Below, in pieces: positions 30,077 to 41,133 of a stretch of 64,000 nt of DNA. The translations under genes and the position numbers were made by a program. Position 1 is the first letter of the stretch. Each line of letters opens with the position of its first letter. Source of the stretch: Candidatus Methanoperedenaceae archaeon (GTDB taxonomy: Archaea > Halobacteriota > Methanosarcinia > Methanosarcinales > Methanoperedenaceae); assembly GCA_963753595.1 (NCBI GenBank), contig CAVWCX010000003.1, positions 32,001 through 96,000 on the forward strand, read 5' to 3'. The notes beneath the pieces were generated by a model, which ran no database searches, was not told the DNA's origin, and saw nothing but the letters and a program-made list of their open reading frames with translations.

Positions 30077-30859
30077 TTATTTTTTCGATTGTTCATAAAT
30101 CTCATAAGCCATATCCACCGGCTTACTATCATGGACGATCGCCCTTACGGCCTTTATCATACCCACAGGGCTGTCACTCTGGAAAATATTCCGTCCCATA
30201 TCAACACCAATTGCGCCATCTGATATTGCGCTATGAGCCATTTTCAGGGCATCCATTTCAGGCAGCTTCTTTCCGCCTGCTATTACAACAGGTACATTTC
30301 CGCATGCTTCCACTATTTTCCCGAAATCCTCAGTATAATAGGTTTTTATTATATGCGCCCCGATCTCAACGCAAATCCTTGAAGCAAGGCCAAGGTAGCG
30401 CGCATCCCGGACCATTTCTTTCCCGACAGCGGTAACTGCAAGAACAGGGATACCATATTTTTCACCGTCATCAACAAGCTTTGAAAGATTTTCTATCGTC
30501 TCTTTTTCAAATTCCCCGCCTACATATACGGAACATGTGATCGCAGATGCGTTTATCCTTATCGCATCTTCTATGCATGTTGTTATGGTTTCATTGGATA
30601 ATTCCTTCAGGATGCTTTGCCCGCCAGAAACGCGTAAAATTATGGGAATATCAATCGTTGGCTCTATCCAGTTCCTTATCGCGCCCCTTGTTATCATCAA
30701 AGCATCAGCGTAAGGCAATAAGGGTTCAACTGTCTTTCCCAGAGTGGAAAGACCCGTCGTTGGCCCCTGGAAATAACCATGATCAACAGCAAGCATTACG
30801 CACCGCCCTGTTTTGGGCTTGATTATCCGTGAAATCCTGTTCTTCATTCCCCAGTTCAT
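30077..30859 (-). CDS. lsrF: LsrF-like 3-hydroxy-5-phosphonooxypentane-2,4-dione thiolase (class I aldolase fold)
   Basis: WGMKNR...MLAVDHGYFQGPTTGL, IKTYY, IAGGKKLPE, GVDMGRNIFQS, closely matching E. coli LsrF motifs as recalled. Confidence 0.85.
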   Translation of the reverse strand: MNWGMKNRISRIIKPKTGRCVMLAVDHGYFQGPTTGLSTLGKTVEPLLPYADALMITRGAIRNWIEPTIDIPIILRVSGGQSILKELSNETITTCIEDAIRINASAITCSVYVGGEFEKETIENLSKLVDDGEKYGIPVLAVTAVGKEMVRDARYLGLASRICVEIGAHIIKTYYTEDFGKIVEACGNVPVVIAGGKKLPEMDALKMAHSAISDGAIGVDMGRNIFQSDSPVGMIKAVRAIVHDSKPVDMAYEIYEQSKK

Positions 30860-30876
30860 TTTAAATTACCTCCTAT

Positions 30877-31092
30877 TTATTCAGGTCTGACGAGCAAATA
30901 ACCTTTTTCGATCAGCCAGTGATGGAATTCATAGGTCGTATGCAGGCAGTTTTCCTTGCATATTTCCCTCAGGTCATTATAATCTTCAGTGTCCTGCTCT
31001 TTCTTATTCATCATTATCTGTATATGACATCCAATGTCATTACAATATTCTCTTCGTTTATAGTCTATAAATCCCTTGATTGGCACAATCAC
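30877..31092 (-). CDS. 71-aa Cys/His-rich putative metal-binding protein
   Basis: YCNDIGC...ICKENCLH...FHHWL; co-oriented with lsrF. Confidence 0.7.
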   Translation of the reverse strand: MIVPIKGFIDYKRREYCNDIGCHIQIMMNKKEQDTEDYNDLREICKENCLHTTYEFHHWLIEKGYLLVRPE

Positions 31093-31140
31093 AAAGCGGA
31101 TTCCGAATACTTAAAATTTTCGGAAAAGAACTCCTCTTTT

Positions 31141-32067
31141 TCAAATAATAAATCCGGTCTCACTCTTGGGCAGTGCCTTTATCAGGATAAAGTCCCTCAT
31201 CTTCGAGGGCAAAACCCGGGCCACTTCTTTCATGGTCACACCTTCCACGAATTTGATATTCTCTATTTGCTCATGATATTCCCCATAAGGCAGTTTGACC
31301 CTTACCCCGTTCATCTGCAAGGTTATAGGTAATGGATGCAGGTTGTCAACTATTTCCGCGACCTGCTCTTCGATCTCTTTCTTGATACGGGGCGGCGCAA
31401 CAGACGGCGGATCTTTGGCGATCTCAACCCTGACGTCATCAAGGACCTTTCCGATAACTGCGGAGAGCTTATCAAGAGTCTTGAGTTCCTCAGCATGCCG
31501 CAGGTGGTGAAGTATCCTTCCAAAGCTTCCTACATATGCTGTGGCATTGGGCACATCTTCAGTCCTTAGTTCCGGCGCACCTGTTACAACTATGGGGATT
31601 TCAATCCCTTCATATAGTTTCTTTGATTTTTCGATTATACAATGCTCATAATTCCCAAGGATGAAAACCGCAACATCGTGTTCATTGATAAGGTCGCGCT
31701 CAAAAGCCGTAAGCTGGCAGATCCTTTTTCCCACGCCGCGGGCAAGACCTACCATATTTGTCTTTGCGCCCTGTTTTCTGAGGAACTCGGCTATATCACA
31801 GTCAAGATGGGGAAGATGATGATAAGCTAGCGTCGGGGCGACTGTTGCTATTTCGCTGCCGGTGAGAGGCGCTCTTGTAAGCTTTCCCAGGAGTTCTTTT
31901 GACTTGATCTCTACAATTGAAATGTCATTTATGGGGACAAGCATCAAAAGTACAACTTCGGATTGCATGATGTTCTTTTGCAGGATATATCCGCCAAGGT
32001 CTTCCACAAGTTCGATGAGCTGGCTGTGCTTATATGCACCTCCGACATACATCATGGGTTCAAGCAT
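31141..32067 (-). CDS. mmp7: Methanogenesis marker protein 7
   Basis: GGAYKH, HHLPHLDCDIAEFLR, GLARGVG. Confidence 0.9.
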   Translation of the reverse strand: MLEPMMYVGGAYKHSQLIELVEDLGGYILQKNIMQSEVVLLMLVPINDISIVEIKSKELLGKLTRAPLTGSEIATVAPTLAYHHLPHLDCDIAEFLRKQGAKTNMVGLARGVGKRICQLTAFERDLINEHDVAVFILGNYEHCIIEKSKKLYEGIEIPIVVTGAPELRTEDVPNATAYVGSFGRILHHLRHAEELKTLDKLSAVIGKVLDDVRVEIAKDPPSVAPPRIKKEIEEQVAEIVDNLHPLPITLQMNGVRVKLPYGEYHEQIENIKFVEGVTMKEVARVLPSKMRDFILIKALPKSETGFII

Positions 32068-32662
32068 TTTCTTCCCTCCTCAGGGATTCCAGAATTTCCT
32101 GTCCTCTTGCCAGCCATTCCGGTTTAAGGGTATCCTCAGAAGCTACAAAAAGAACATGGGTGTTTGAAAGCTCATGCTTTCGCACCCTGAATCCTTCGGG
32201 TATAATGCGAAGTGCTATCGCATCAATAAGCCGGTCAAGAACTTCCTGCTGCGGTTCTTCAATAACGAACTCACGAAGCATATCAAGGTCCTTTATCGGA
32301 TCGGTTTTCACGATTATTATTTTCCTTTCCAGCTGCTCAATATTTTCCTTCCCGTATTTTGCCCATAGTTTATTTAATAATTTTATAGAAAACATTTCCT
32401 TTTCCAGTTCAATTTTCACCTCATCTTTACCAAGAGCGCCCATCTCGATTTTGGCAAAATCCTTGATTTTTATTGACGGTGAACCAAGGCGAAGAAGTGC
32501 CGCAAAAATAAAAACAGGTTCAACCGGATCCATGTAAACCTTCAATCTTCCAATAACCCTTGAAAGTGACAGGTCAGAAAGTGTATCCAGTATGAGACTG
32601 CGTGTGGTCTTTGCCCCTGTGGCATCCGGGCATTCCACGATAAATGTCTCAAGTTGTTCCAT
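32060..32662 (-). CDS. mmp17: Methanogenesis marker protein 17
   Basis: LWAKYG, RIIPEGFRVR, VASE; cluster position. Confidence 0.88.
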   Translation of the reverse strand: MEQLETFIVECPDATGAKTTRSLILDTLSDLSLSRVIGRLKVYMDPVEPVFIFAALLRLGSPSIKIKDFAKIEMGALGKDEVKIELEKEMFSIKLLNKLWAKYGKENIEQLERKIIIVKTDPIKDLDMLREFVIEEPQQEVLDRLIDAIALRIIPEGFRVRKHELSNTHVLFVASEDTLKPEWLARGQEILESLRREENA

Positions 32663-32671
32663 AATATCCTC

Positions 32672-34012
32672 TCATTTATTAATAAATCCAGAGGCAAGCA
32701 GTGCCGCGCCAACCGCTCCGATATACTGGGCATTGGGAGGAACTATTACTTTTACTTTTAGCAGTTCCTCAACAGCTTTTGGCAATCCTTCGATCAGGGA
32801 CGTCCCCCCCACCATTATTACTGGTTCCTTTACATCTACTTCCTGTAACTGCTGCTCGAATAATTGCTCAGCTACACTGTGGCATGCTGCTGCGGCAACA
32901 TCCTCAGGGGTGGACCCCCCGGCAAGTGAATTAACAAGGGACTGGATGCCGAAAACAATGCAATAACTGTTCATTTTTACATTCGAGGCTTTTCCTTTTA
33001 ATGCAAGGGCGCCAAGCTCGGTTATGCTAACACCAAGTCTTTTTGCAGTCATCTCAAGGAATCTTCCTGATGCCCCGGCACAAATACCGCCCATAGTGAA
33101 CATGCCCGGAATACCATCTGTAACTGATATCGCTTTATTATCCATGCCGCCAATATCAAGAACAGTGGCTACTCCTTTTTGCTTATCAGCAAGATAGACC
33201 GCGCCTTTTGAGTTAACAGTGATCTCTTCCTGCATCAGGTCTGCTTTCAAATGCTCACCAATAAGGAATCGTCCATATCCGGTCGTTCCAAGCGCCTGTA
33301 TCTCGCTCCGGGTGACTCCAGCCTCTTTTAATGCGTTATTATAGGCTTCCTCAGCGCTCTCGATAACTTTTATTGTTGGTACCCATCCCTTTCCTATGAT
33401 CTTATTGTCTCTCATTACAACTGCTTTTGTTGTTGTTGAGCCTGAATCAATGCCAGCAGTTAAACCTGTCTGCTTTTCCCTTGCAAGAAGGCTCTTTCTC
33501 CTGGCTGTGGTGGTGAGTGCTTCCATTCGTGTAAGAAGAGTCGCTGCAGTTGTTCTTTCAGTGAATGAGTAGCTTATTACCGGTATACCTGTTTTCTCAT
33601 GGATATAACGGCGCACTTCGCTTCTTACAATAGCTGCTTCGGCGCACCTGAAACATGTGGCAACAAAAACAGCATCAACATGCACTTTACCGCTTACAAT
33701 AGACTTTGCCCGCGCCATCATAAGCCGAAGGTCGGGACTTGCCACTTTGAGACCGAATTGCTCTTCGATATTTTCGATATCTGAAATATCAACTTCAGGA
33801 TAAACCATTACCGCATTGACCTGCTTTGCCGCAGAATCGATCTCGCTCTGTATCCCGCTGTATTCGGCGCCGCATGAAAGCTGGGCTACCCTCACAAGAT
33901 TTTCAGCAGAGGTCATTTTTCTTATTGCCTCCTGGATACCAGGAGCTGTCTCTTTCTCCTTCCCGCATGTTGTGCATGAGGCCTGGCTTAAAGAATCATT
34001 TTGCCTGCTCAT
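32672..34012 (-). CDS. mmp15: Methanogenesis marker protein 15 (ASKHA activase-type ATPase)
   Basis: [46 protein letters not shown]. Confidence 0.92.
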   Translation of the reverse strand: MSRQNDSLSQASCTTCGKEKETAPGIQEAIRKMTSAENLVRVAQLSCGAEYSGIQSEIDSAAKQVNAVMVYPEVDISDIENIEEQFGLKVASPDLRLMMARAKSIVSGKVHVDAVFVATCFRCAEAAIVRSEVRRYIHEKTGIPVISYSFTERTTAATLLTRMEALTTTARRKSLLAREKQTGLTAGIDSGSTTTKAVVMRDNKIIGKGWVPTIKVIESAEEAYNNALKEAGVTRSEIQALGTTGYGRFLIGEHLKADLMQEEITVNSKGAVYLADKQKGVATVLDIGGMDNKAISVTDGIPGMFTMGGICAGASGRFLEMTAKRLGVSITELGALALKGKASNVKMNSYCIVFGIQSLVNSLAGGSTPEDVAAAACHSVAEQLFEQQLQEVDVKEPVIMVGGTSLIEGLPKAVEELLKVKVIVPPNAQYIGAVGAALLASGFINK

Positions 34013-34461
34013 TTCTTTTCCTCCGCGGGTTTAAGAGATTTCAGGAATTCTGAAATTTTATAAACGAATAACTTTGCATCTTCTTCAGTATTGGGATAAT
34101 CCAATCTCAAAAGGGGGATCTTTTTTCCTCTCAGGAGAAAATTCACAAGTTCATTTGTCCTTGCGCATCCCATACAGCCAAATGAGATAACCGGATCATT
34201 TACAACTATTGCTGCTTCCGCTTTTGTAAGAAGAGGATCAAAAAGCGACATGCGCCCTCTTACTCCTGCCGGCACTTCAACAGCAGCATATTTTAATCCG
34301 AATTTAGGGTCTTCAGGGGTAATGTTCATGGGTGGAGAATCCAGTCCCTGGGTTCTGACCTTTTTCCCTACTTCCTGCATTATCGCAAGCGGCTCATGGC
34401 CGAAACGCTCAACCAGGTCTGAAAGAATAAGACTGTTCGTCGGGTAAATAAAAACTTTCAT
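34009..34461 (-). CDS. mmp5: Methanogenesis marker protein 5
   Basis: [32 protein letters not shown]. Confidence 0.92.
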   Translation of the reverse strand: MKVFIYPTNSLILSDLVERFGHEPLAIMQEVGKKVRTQGLDSPPMNITPEDPKFGLKYAAVEVPAGVRGRMSLFDPLLTKAEAAIVVNDPVISFGCMGCARTNELVNFLLRGKKIPLLRLDYPNTEEDAKLFVYKISEFLKSLKPAEEKK

Positions 34462-34886
34462 TGTGTTACCTCTGTTTGTTTTATAATTTCTTTTAATTTA
34501 TCGATATCAAGTTTCTTTGTCCGGATTTTCTCTTCTGGTATTTCGCCCCTGTCAAGCGCTTTCAGGGCATTCGCTATATGGGGTAATATCTTATCCTCAT
34601 TCTCCAGGTTATGAAATCCTGGTCTTGCCCCGCCGCGCCTGGTAGCCCTGCAACGAAAAGGTTCACCCGGCGCAAATCCTCTCTCTTTTATGAAAATACC
34701 ATAGGGATCTAATTTGCGAATGTTCACAAGAAGCGGATCCAGTATCTCACGTTCCCCTGAAACCATAATACCAAAACAAGTTTCCTTTACCATGATATCA
34801 TCTTTTGTCTCATAAAGCTTCATAGCAACATCGCTTGGTAGTAATTTTGATGAGTTTATCACGATCATTTTGGTTATTTTTTCCAT
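34458..34886 (-). CDS. mmp6: Methanogenesis marker protein 6
   Basis: KETCFG, KERGF..G..RCRATR.GGARPGFH. Confidence 0.92.
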   Translation of the reverse strand: MEKITKMIVINSSKLLPSDVAMKLYETKDDIMVKETCFGIMVSGEREILDPLLVNIRKLDPYGIFIKERGFAPGEPFRCRATRRGGARPGFHNLENEDKILPHIANALKALDRGEIPEEKIRTKKLDIDKLKEIIKQTEVTQ

Positions 34887-36403
34887 TATTGGACCTCACG
34901 TATGTAAATTATATCGTCTACCTTAAATCCTTTAAGACGTTCAGGTTCCAGGACTTTTCCTATGATGTTCGTGGATTCGAATTTCTCTCCGGTCGGGCCA
35001 TATTTATCATCGTCTACAAGCTTAACACCCACCATACCATAGCGTTTTGCCGCCTGGTTAGTGACACCTATCTCTCCTGCTTTTACCCTGCCTTTCGGGA
35101 TATTCTCGGGATTTATTTCTTTATATGCCTCTGCCTCCTTTTCCGACCTGAAAAGGAAAGTATTTTCATATGTATATATTACGGGTAATGGGCCCAATGG
35201 CCTGTCCTTGAGGCGCAGGGAATGCCTGAAGAAATCAAGAGTTATAGGCGCAAGATCATCGTAGAACTTTACATTGATTATTTTATCAGATTTTACACCA
35301 AGAGCCGTGACCCCCCCTTCTGCGATAATTCCTATTGTTGTATCCGGTTCCTGTTCCACAACAATAGCATCATCACCTGTATAGCCTCTCCGTTCAAGTT
35401 TTAATCCGCGCAAATCCAATACTTTTTCAGCTTCGCTAAAAGTCATACCCTGTACCATGACCCTCTCAGGATTTGCAACAACAGCAAGATTACTACCCGC
35501 AGGAGCTATTTTAATAAGTTCAATTCCCTGGGAAACATGCCCGACAACGCTATGTACAGGGCTTGAAGTCCGGTCTTCTTTATAGATGTATATCCGTCCA
35601 TTTCCCTGCCCGTCAGTCCTTACTACTACAGATCCCTCTGAACGGGCATCCCAGTGTTCGTATACACATCCTTCACCCTGAAGTACATTATCAGAAACAA
35701 ATGAATTTGTGAATGTATCCACATGAAAAGTTTTTCTTCTTATCAATGCAAGGAAATGCTCGGCTCCCTCAGGGGATTCATTAATGAGATCGACATTAAA
35801 ATATGTAAAGACCTTCATTCCGTCTTCAAGCGGCGTATTCAGGTCCTGTGTAGTTATTTTGTTTAGAAGTGTTTCCCATTTAATTATCGGTTCAATTTTT
35901 AATAAAGTATCGCCTTGCTTGAGGTTTGCTATGACATTCTTGCCGCTTATCACCTTTCCAAGAACAGCGCCTTTAGGACCCCCATAATCAGAAACATGTT
36001 TATCTTTTGCGATCATAAGGTAAGCATTTTTTGGATCATAGCCGCCTGTTCCAAGAAAAACGTCATAGCGGTTATATTTTTGCTCAGATCTTTCCACTGT
36101 AATATCTGTTTCAAATGGGCCAAAAGCAATTGCATTTCGTGATTCCCAGTGCGCCTTTATATCTGAAAATGAATGGGAGAATTTTGTCCACAACGTGGAA
36201 TCCCCAAACAACTCTATCTTAAATTCGCCTTTTGATGTGAGAATCTTATATTCGGATGTTGCTTCCTCTTTTTTGCCGTGTGTTTTCAGGATACCTATTG
36301 TTGTTCCAGGGATATAGAATGCTTTTGCGATTTCTATAGCATCTTTCAGGAGCAAATCATCCTTTATCTCTACTTTTTGCCCATTAATCTCTATTGAGAT
36401 CAC
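34886..36403 (-). CDS. mmp3: Methanogenesis marker protein 3
   Basis: Cyclophilin-like folds; GVTNQA, YGPTGEKFESTNIIG. Confidence 0.9.
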   Translation of the reverse strand: MISIEINGQKVEIKDDLLLKDAIEIAKAFYIPGTTIGILKTHGKKEEATSEYKILTSKGEFKIELFGDSTLWTKFSHSFSDIKAHWESRNAIAFGPFETDITVERSEQKYNRYDVFLGTGGYDPKNAYLMIAKDKHVSDYGGPKGAVLGKVISGKNVIANLKQGDTLLKIEPIIKWETLLNKITTQDLNTPLEDGMKVFTYFNVDLINESPEGAEHFLALIRRKTFHVDTFTNSFVSDNVLQGEGCVYEHWDARSEGSVVVRTDGQGNGRIYIYKEDRTSSPVHSVVGHVSQGIELIKIAPAGSNLAVVANPERVMVQGMTFSEAEKVLDLRGLKLERRGYTGDDAIVVEQEPDTTIGIIAEGGVTALGVKSDKIINVKFYDDLAPITLDFFRHSLRLKDRPLGPLPVIYTYENTFLFRSEKEAEAYKEINPENIPKGRVKAGEIGVTNQAAKRYGMVGVKLVDDDKYGPTGEKFESTNIIGKVLEPERLKGFKVDDIIYIREVQ

Positions 36404-36430
36404 TAATCCTCCAGCTATTGATAATAAACT

Positions 36431-38059
36431 CTATTTTAATTCTTTAGCTATCCCTTGGAGAGCTTCTTCCCGCTCTTTACTGGAAAGCTTTGATAAAACA
36501 TCGCCGGTTTCACCTATGTCAACGATCTTGCCAAGACGCATTAAAGCAGCCCTGTCACATATCTCAGCGACAAAATCCATGTCGTGGGATACTATGACAA
36601 AAGTCTCTCCCATTTCTTTCCTGGCATTCAGGATAGATTTTGAAACTTCAATTTTGGTAACGGGGTCCATTGTTCCTGTGGGCTCATCGAAAACAAGTAT
36701 CCTTGGCTCTTTAATGAGGACCTGCGCCATTGCAACCCTGTGTCTTTCCCCTTCACTTAATTCATCCGGCATCTTGGCAAGAATCTCTTTTGCCTTTTTT
36801 TCCGTAAAACCCGATGTTACCAATGTATGAACGGCTTTTCTCTCCGCCAGTTCAAACGGCAGGTCAAGACCGATAGACTCAGTCAGGTTATCGATAATAT
36901 TCCTGTGCGGATAAAGACTGTATTCCTGGTGCAGTACGCCAATATATTTTGTAGCGCGTCCTTTTTTATCAGGCCCAAGCTGGGTAAGGTCGATCCACTC
37001 ATCCCCTATTCTTACGTCAATTGAACCGGAAGTTGGCCTCAATAATCCGGAAACTATCTTTGATGTCGTGGTTTTTCCTGCCCCGCTGACCCCGATTATT
37101 CCGAATATTTCACCTTCGTTAATATCAAAACTGATATCATTGACAGCCCTTACTATACCCCTGTCCAGTGAAAAATAGGTCATCTGAAGGTTACGTCCCC
37201 TGATAATTGTTTCTCCGATACTGACTTCTTCCTGTTCGCCAATTGTCCCGACTTCTTTCATAAATTCAGCGGCAACTTCAGAAGGTTTCCCCATCATTAT
37301 TATTTTTCCTTCATCAAGCCATATTGCCTTGTGTGAAAGCTCTTCAATTACTTTTGGCCAGTGGGATGTGATGATGAGTGTCATATTGAAATTCTTTGTT
37401 GCATTTACTATGCTTTCATGCACAAGTTCGGCAGTCTTGGGATCAAGAGTACCGGTCGGTTCATCCGCGAGCAATATTATAGGGCTTTTGACAAGCTGCC
37501 TTGCAAGCACTACGCGTTGTTTTTCACCGCCTGAGAGTTCCCTGGCGATATGCATCATCCTGTTGGAAAGATTTACCTGCTCAAGGAGATCTGCTGCCTT
37601 GTGAATGGCATTTGGCCCCATCTGGTCAATTTCCTGAAGGGCATTCATGACATTTACTATAACCCTTTCATCCCCGTATAATGCAAATGTTCTCTGGAGC
37701 ATGATGGCGATCCTTCTGGTTATGTCTCTTCGGAGAGGATCGTGGAGTGGCAATGTTACGAAATCTACATCGAGTTTCTCATAATTGGCATTGCATTTGG
37801 GACATAAGGTTCCCACCTTACTTGGTTTTTCAATTCCTCCGCATTTTGGGCATTGGGCGAGATGATAGATCACGTTTCCTGATATATCGCTGAATTCTTC
37901 CACACCTCGCAGCACATGCATAAGTATGGACTTTCCCGCGCTGCTTTTTCCTAAGATACCAAGAATTTCTCCTTCGTTAATATCAATATTTATATCTTTG
38001 AGTACATCGACTCCGTCAAAACCAACACGAAGATTTTTAATTTCGATAAATAGCGTCAT
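36431..38059 (-). CDS. atwA: Methyl-coenzyme M reductase system component A2
   Basis: Two ABC domains, CxxC/CxxC Zn motif, IAIMLQRTFALY, LSEGERHRVA. Confidence 0.95.
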   Translation of the reverse strand: MTLFIEIKNLRVGFDGVDVLKDINIDINEGEILGILGKSSAGKSILMHVLRGVEEFSDISGNVIYHLAQCPKCGGIEKPSKVGTLCPKCNANYEKLDVDFVTLPLHDPLRRDITRRIAIMLQRTFALYGDERVIVNVMNALQEIDQMGPNAIHKAADLLEQVNLSNRMMHIARELSGGEKQRVVLARQLVKSPIILLADEPTGTLDPKTAELVHESIVNATKNFNMTLIITSHWPKVIEELSHKAIWLDEGKIIMMGKPSEVAAEFMKEVGTIGEQEEVSIGETIIRGRNLQMTYFSLDRGIVRAVNDISFDINEGEIFGIIGVSGAGKTTTSKIVSGLLRPTSGSIDVRIGDEWIDLTQLGPDKKGRATKYIGVLHQEYSLYPHRNIIDNLTESIGLDLPFELAERKAVHTLVTSGFTEKKAKEILAKMPDELSEGERHRVAMAQVLIKEPRILVFDEPTGTMDPVTKIEVSKSILNARKEMGETFVIVSHDMDFVAEICDRAALMRLGKIVDIGETGDVLSKLSSKEREEALQGIAKELK

Positions 38060-38175
38060 ATGTCGTTCTCCCTGGATTAATTATTCAGATAATTAATCCG
38101 CTTCACTATAAGTTTTTTGCTTTTTGAATTATGCATTCTAAATAATGTGGGATTCTGAATAGCTTATGCTGTACA

Positions 38176-38201
38176 TAAATATAACGATTAAATATAACGA
38201 T
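38176..38201. promoter_or_regulatory. Perfect 13-bp tandem repeat in the atwA/prs divergent promoter region
   Basis: taaatataacgat x2. Confidence 0.4.
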
Positions 38202-38296
38202 AATACATTACAGTATTAATCATATAAAAGTGTTATATTGATCACCATACAAATTCTTTATATTCATTCTATCCATAAAGGGCGTGAGGAATTCAA

Positions 38297-39145
38297 TTGA
38301 ATATTATCGCAGGTCCAGCGTCACAATTGCTTGCAGGAAGAGTCACAGAAGTATTAAGATCAGATCTTCTTGTCAGTGAATTCAAGAAATTTCCTGACGG
38401 GGAGCTATATACACGAGTTGTAGATGATATCGGGCCGGAAGTCACAATAATCCAGAGCACAGTTACCGATACTGATTTAATTGCCCTGCTCCAGTTGATC
38501 GATGCATGTAGTGATGCATCCAGGGTAAATGTTGTAATTCCATATATGGGATATGCGCGCCAGGATAAAAAATTCAAGGCAGGGGAACCCATAAGCGCCC
38601 GCGCCCTTGCAAGAACTATAAAGGCCGACAATGTTTATACGATCAACATCCATGATACAAGTATTCTTGATTATTTTGACGCAAAAACAAAAGATCTTGA
38701 TGCCACCCCGATGATAGGGAAATACATAAAAAATATGAAATTCATCAATCCTCTTGTCATTGCACCTGATGACGGAGCGATCAATATTGCAAAAAGCGCG
38801 TCTTTAGACCTTGGTATTGATTATGATTATCTTGAAAAGACAAGGTTAAGCGGTGATACTGTATCGATCCACCCAAAGAATGTCAATGTAAAAGGAAGGG
38901 ATGTTATCATTATCGATGATATTATTTCAACTGGCGGGACAATTGCGGAAACGATATCATTGCTCAGGAAACAGGGAGCTCATGAAGTCTATGCATCCTG
39001 TATACACCCCGTACTTTCAAATAATGCCATCCTTAAATTATTTAAGGCCGGTGTAAAAGGTATCATAGCCACAGATACCATTGAGAAGGGCGTAAGTGTC
39101 GTGAGCGTTGCGCCGGTAATAGCTTCTGCGATAGGTACTAATTAA
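38297..39145 (+). CDS. prs: Ribose-phosphate pyrophosphokinase
   Basis: FPDGE, YMGYARQDK, IDDIISTGGT. Confidence 0.95.
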   Translation: MNIIAGPASQLLAGRVTEVLRSDLLVSEFKKFPDGELYTRVVDDIGPEVTIIQSTVTDTDLIALLQLIDACSDASRVNVVIPYMGYARQDKKFKAGEPISARALARTIKADNVYTINIHDTSILDYFDAKTKDLDATPMIGKYIKNMKFINPLVIAPDDGAINIAKSASLDLGIDYDYLEKTRLSGDTVSIHPKNVNVKGRDVIIIDDIISTGGTIAETISLLRKQGAHEVYASCIHPVLSNNAILKLFKAGVKGIIATDTIEKGVSVVSVAPVIASAIGTN

Positions 39146-39245
39146 AAATACAAATATTATTTTTAGACAGGATTGACATCTAAATAAATATTTATCCCGA
39201 GCTTCATGTCGAATTTTTATTGTGATATGTAGATTGATTATCCGC

Positions 39246-40862
39246 TTAATCCAGATCACTCATATCAGGTTTTTTCTTTGGGTTCGCGTCTTTTGCAGAT
39301 GCTATCACATCGTCGATGCGCAATATCATAGAAGCTGCTTCTGTTGCCGAACTTATCGCCTGGGTCTTAACGCGAAGTGGTTCGATTACACCGATTTTAA
39401 GCATATCTACGGGTTTGCCTTCATAGACATCAAGCCCTACTGTTTTATTACCATGCTCATGCGAGCTTCGAAGCTCAACAAGCATATCAATAGCATCAAG
39501 CCCCGCATTTTCCGCAAGTGTCTTGGGTATTATCTCAAGCGCCTGGGCAAATTTACTCACCGCAAGCTGTTCCCTGCCTTCAAGTGTTGAAGCATATTCC
39601 CTGAGGCGAAGTGCAAGTTCAATTTCAGGGGAGCCGCCGCCAGCCAGTATTTTCTCATCTTCAATGGCTACACCTACGACCCTCAGGGCGTCATGCATAG
39701 CTCTTGCAAGGCTTGTCACAACATGTTCCGAGCCGCCCCGTAATAATATTGAATTTGTATCAGGGTTCTTGCAGCCAGTGATGAATATCATTTCGCCGTT
39801 GCCTACCATTTTCTCTTCAACAAGTGCTGCATTCCCGAGAGTATCGGGTTTTATCTCATCAAGGCTTGTGATGATTTTTCCGCCGGTTGCCCTTGATAAT
39901 TTTATAAGGTCGTTCTTCTTGATCCTGTGGGATACAAAAATACCTGCTTTTGCAAGGAAATACCTGGCCATGTCATCAACGCCTTTCTGGCAGAACACGA
40001 CGTTAGCGCCGCTTTTTATGACCTTGTCAGCAGCCGCGCGCACAAGATTTTCTTCCTGTTCAAGGAACATCCGGGTCTGTCCTATCGATTCAATGGATAT
40101 CTCGGATTTTGTATCCGTCTTCCTGACTTCAATGGGAGTCGCAAGAATTGCTATCTTTGCATTCTCTATTTTTGAAGGCATGCTCTGGTGGGTCTTTGTT
40201 TTATCAAGGATAATACCTTCGACCAGTTCGCTGTCCTCAATGCTTCCCTCGCCGCGGCGCTCAATAGATATATCCTTTATGTTCACGGTCCTCTTGCCGT
40301 TTTCTTTTTTAACTATTGATTTTACAGCCGTTACAACAAGATTAGCTAATTTTTCTCTTGAAAATTCAACGCCTTTTCCAGTAAGCGCAGTCTCCGCAAT
40401 TTTTCGAAGGTGCTCATCAGTGGAATGGACAGCTATGTCAGACAGGAGCTCTTTTGATTTGTGTGCTGCAAGATTATAACCATGGATAATAGTTGTTGGA
40501 TGAACCCCAAGTTCCATGAGCTCCTGGGCACCTTTTAAGAATTCACCAGTCAAAACCGCCGCTGTTGTAGTACCATCGCCGACTTCATCATCCTGGGTTT
40601 TTGCAACTTCAGCGACAAGTTTTGCAGCCGGATGTTTTATTTTCATTTCATCAAGGATAGTGGCACCATCGTTTGTGATAATTACAAGTCCTGCCGGGTC
40701 TGTGATCATCTTATCCAATCCTCTTGGACCAAGGGTTGTGCGCACGGCATCAGCTACAGCGCGCGCTGCCATGATATTGGATCTTTTTGCTTCGTCTCCT
40801 CTTGTTTCTTGCGTTCCCTGTCTTAAAATAATGATTGGCTGTCCGCCAGTTTGGCCTTGCAT
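39246..40862 (-). CDS. Thermosome (group II chaperonin) subunit
   Basis: [32 protein letters not shown]. Confidence 0.95.
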   Translation of the reverse strand: MQGQTGGQPIIILRQGTQETRGDEAKRSNIMAARAVADAVRTTLGPRGLDKMITDPAGLVIITNDGATILDEMKIKHPAAKLVAEVAKTQDDEVGDGTTTAAVLTGEFLKGAQELMELGVHPTTIIHGYNLAAHKSKELLSDIAVHSTDEHLRKIAETALTGKGVEFSREKLANLVVTAVKSIVKKENGKRTVNIKDISIERRGEGSIEDSELVEGIILDKTKTHQSMPSKIENAKIAILATPIEVRKTDTKSEISIESIGQTRMFLEQEENLVRAAADKVIKSGANVVFCQKGVDDMARYFLAKAGIFVSHRIKKNDLIKLSRATGGKIITSLDEIKPDTLGNAALVEEKMVGNGEMIFITGCKNPDTNSILLRGGSEHVVTSLARAMHDALRVVGVAIEDEKILAGGGSPEIELALRLREYASTLEGREQLAVSKFAQALEIIPKTLAENAGLDAIDMLVELRSSHEHGNKTVGLDVYEGKPVDMLKIGVIEPLRVKTQAISSATEAASMILRIDDVIASAKDANPKKKPDMSDLD

Positions 40863-41133
40863 AGATATTCTCCTGTATCAGATAATTAAATGAAATGCGT
40901 CCATGGTTCCAATAATGGATTTTACCTTGACGTTCCGTTGTTTCATGTTTATAGTTCTATAAAAAGATTTCGCATGCATTTTGCAGAAATCCCAAAAAAA
41001 CTGAGTATTATAGATTTATTTCAGCTATAAAATTCATTGGAAAATCTGGATAAATTTGGATGATAATCCAGATTCCCAGACAATCTATTAAATACAAAGA
41101 AAAAGTATTATTATCACCTCCGGTGAAATCCTT

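Noticed and set aside
39523-40479. 318-aa plus-strand ORF and similar long antisense ORFs
   Set aside because: Antisense shadows of well-supported genes such as the thermosome.
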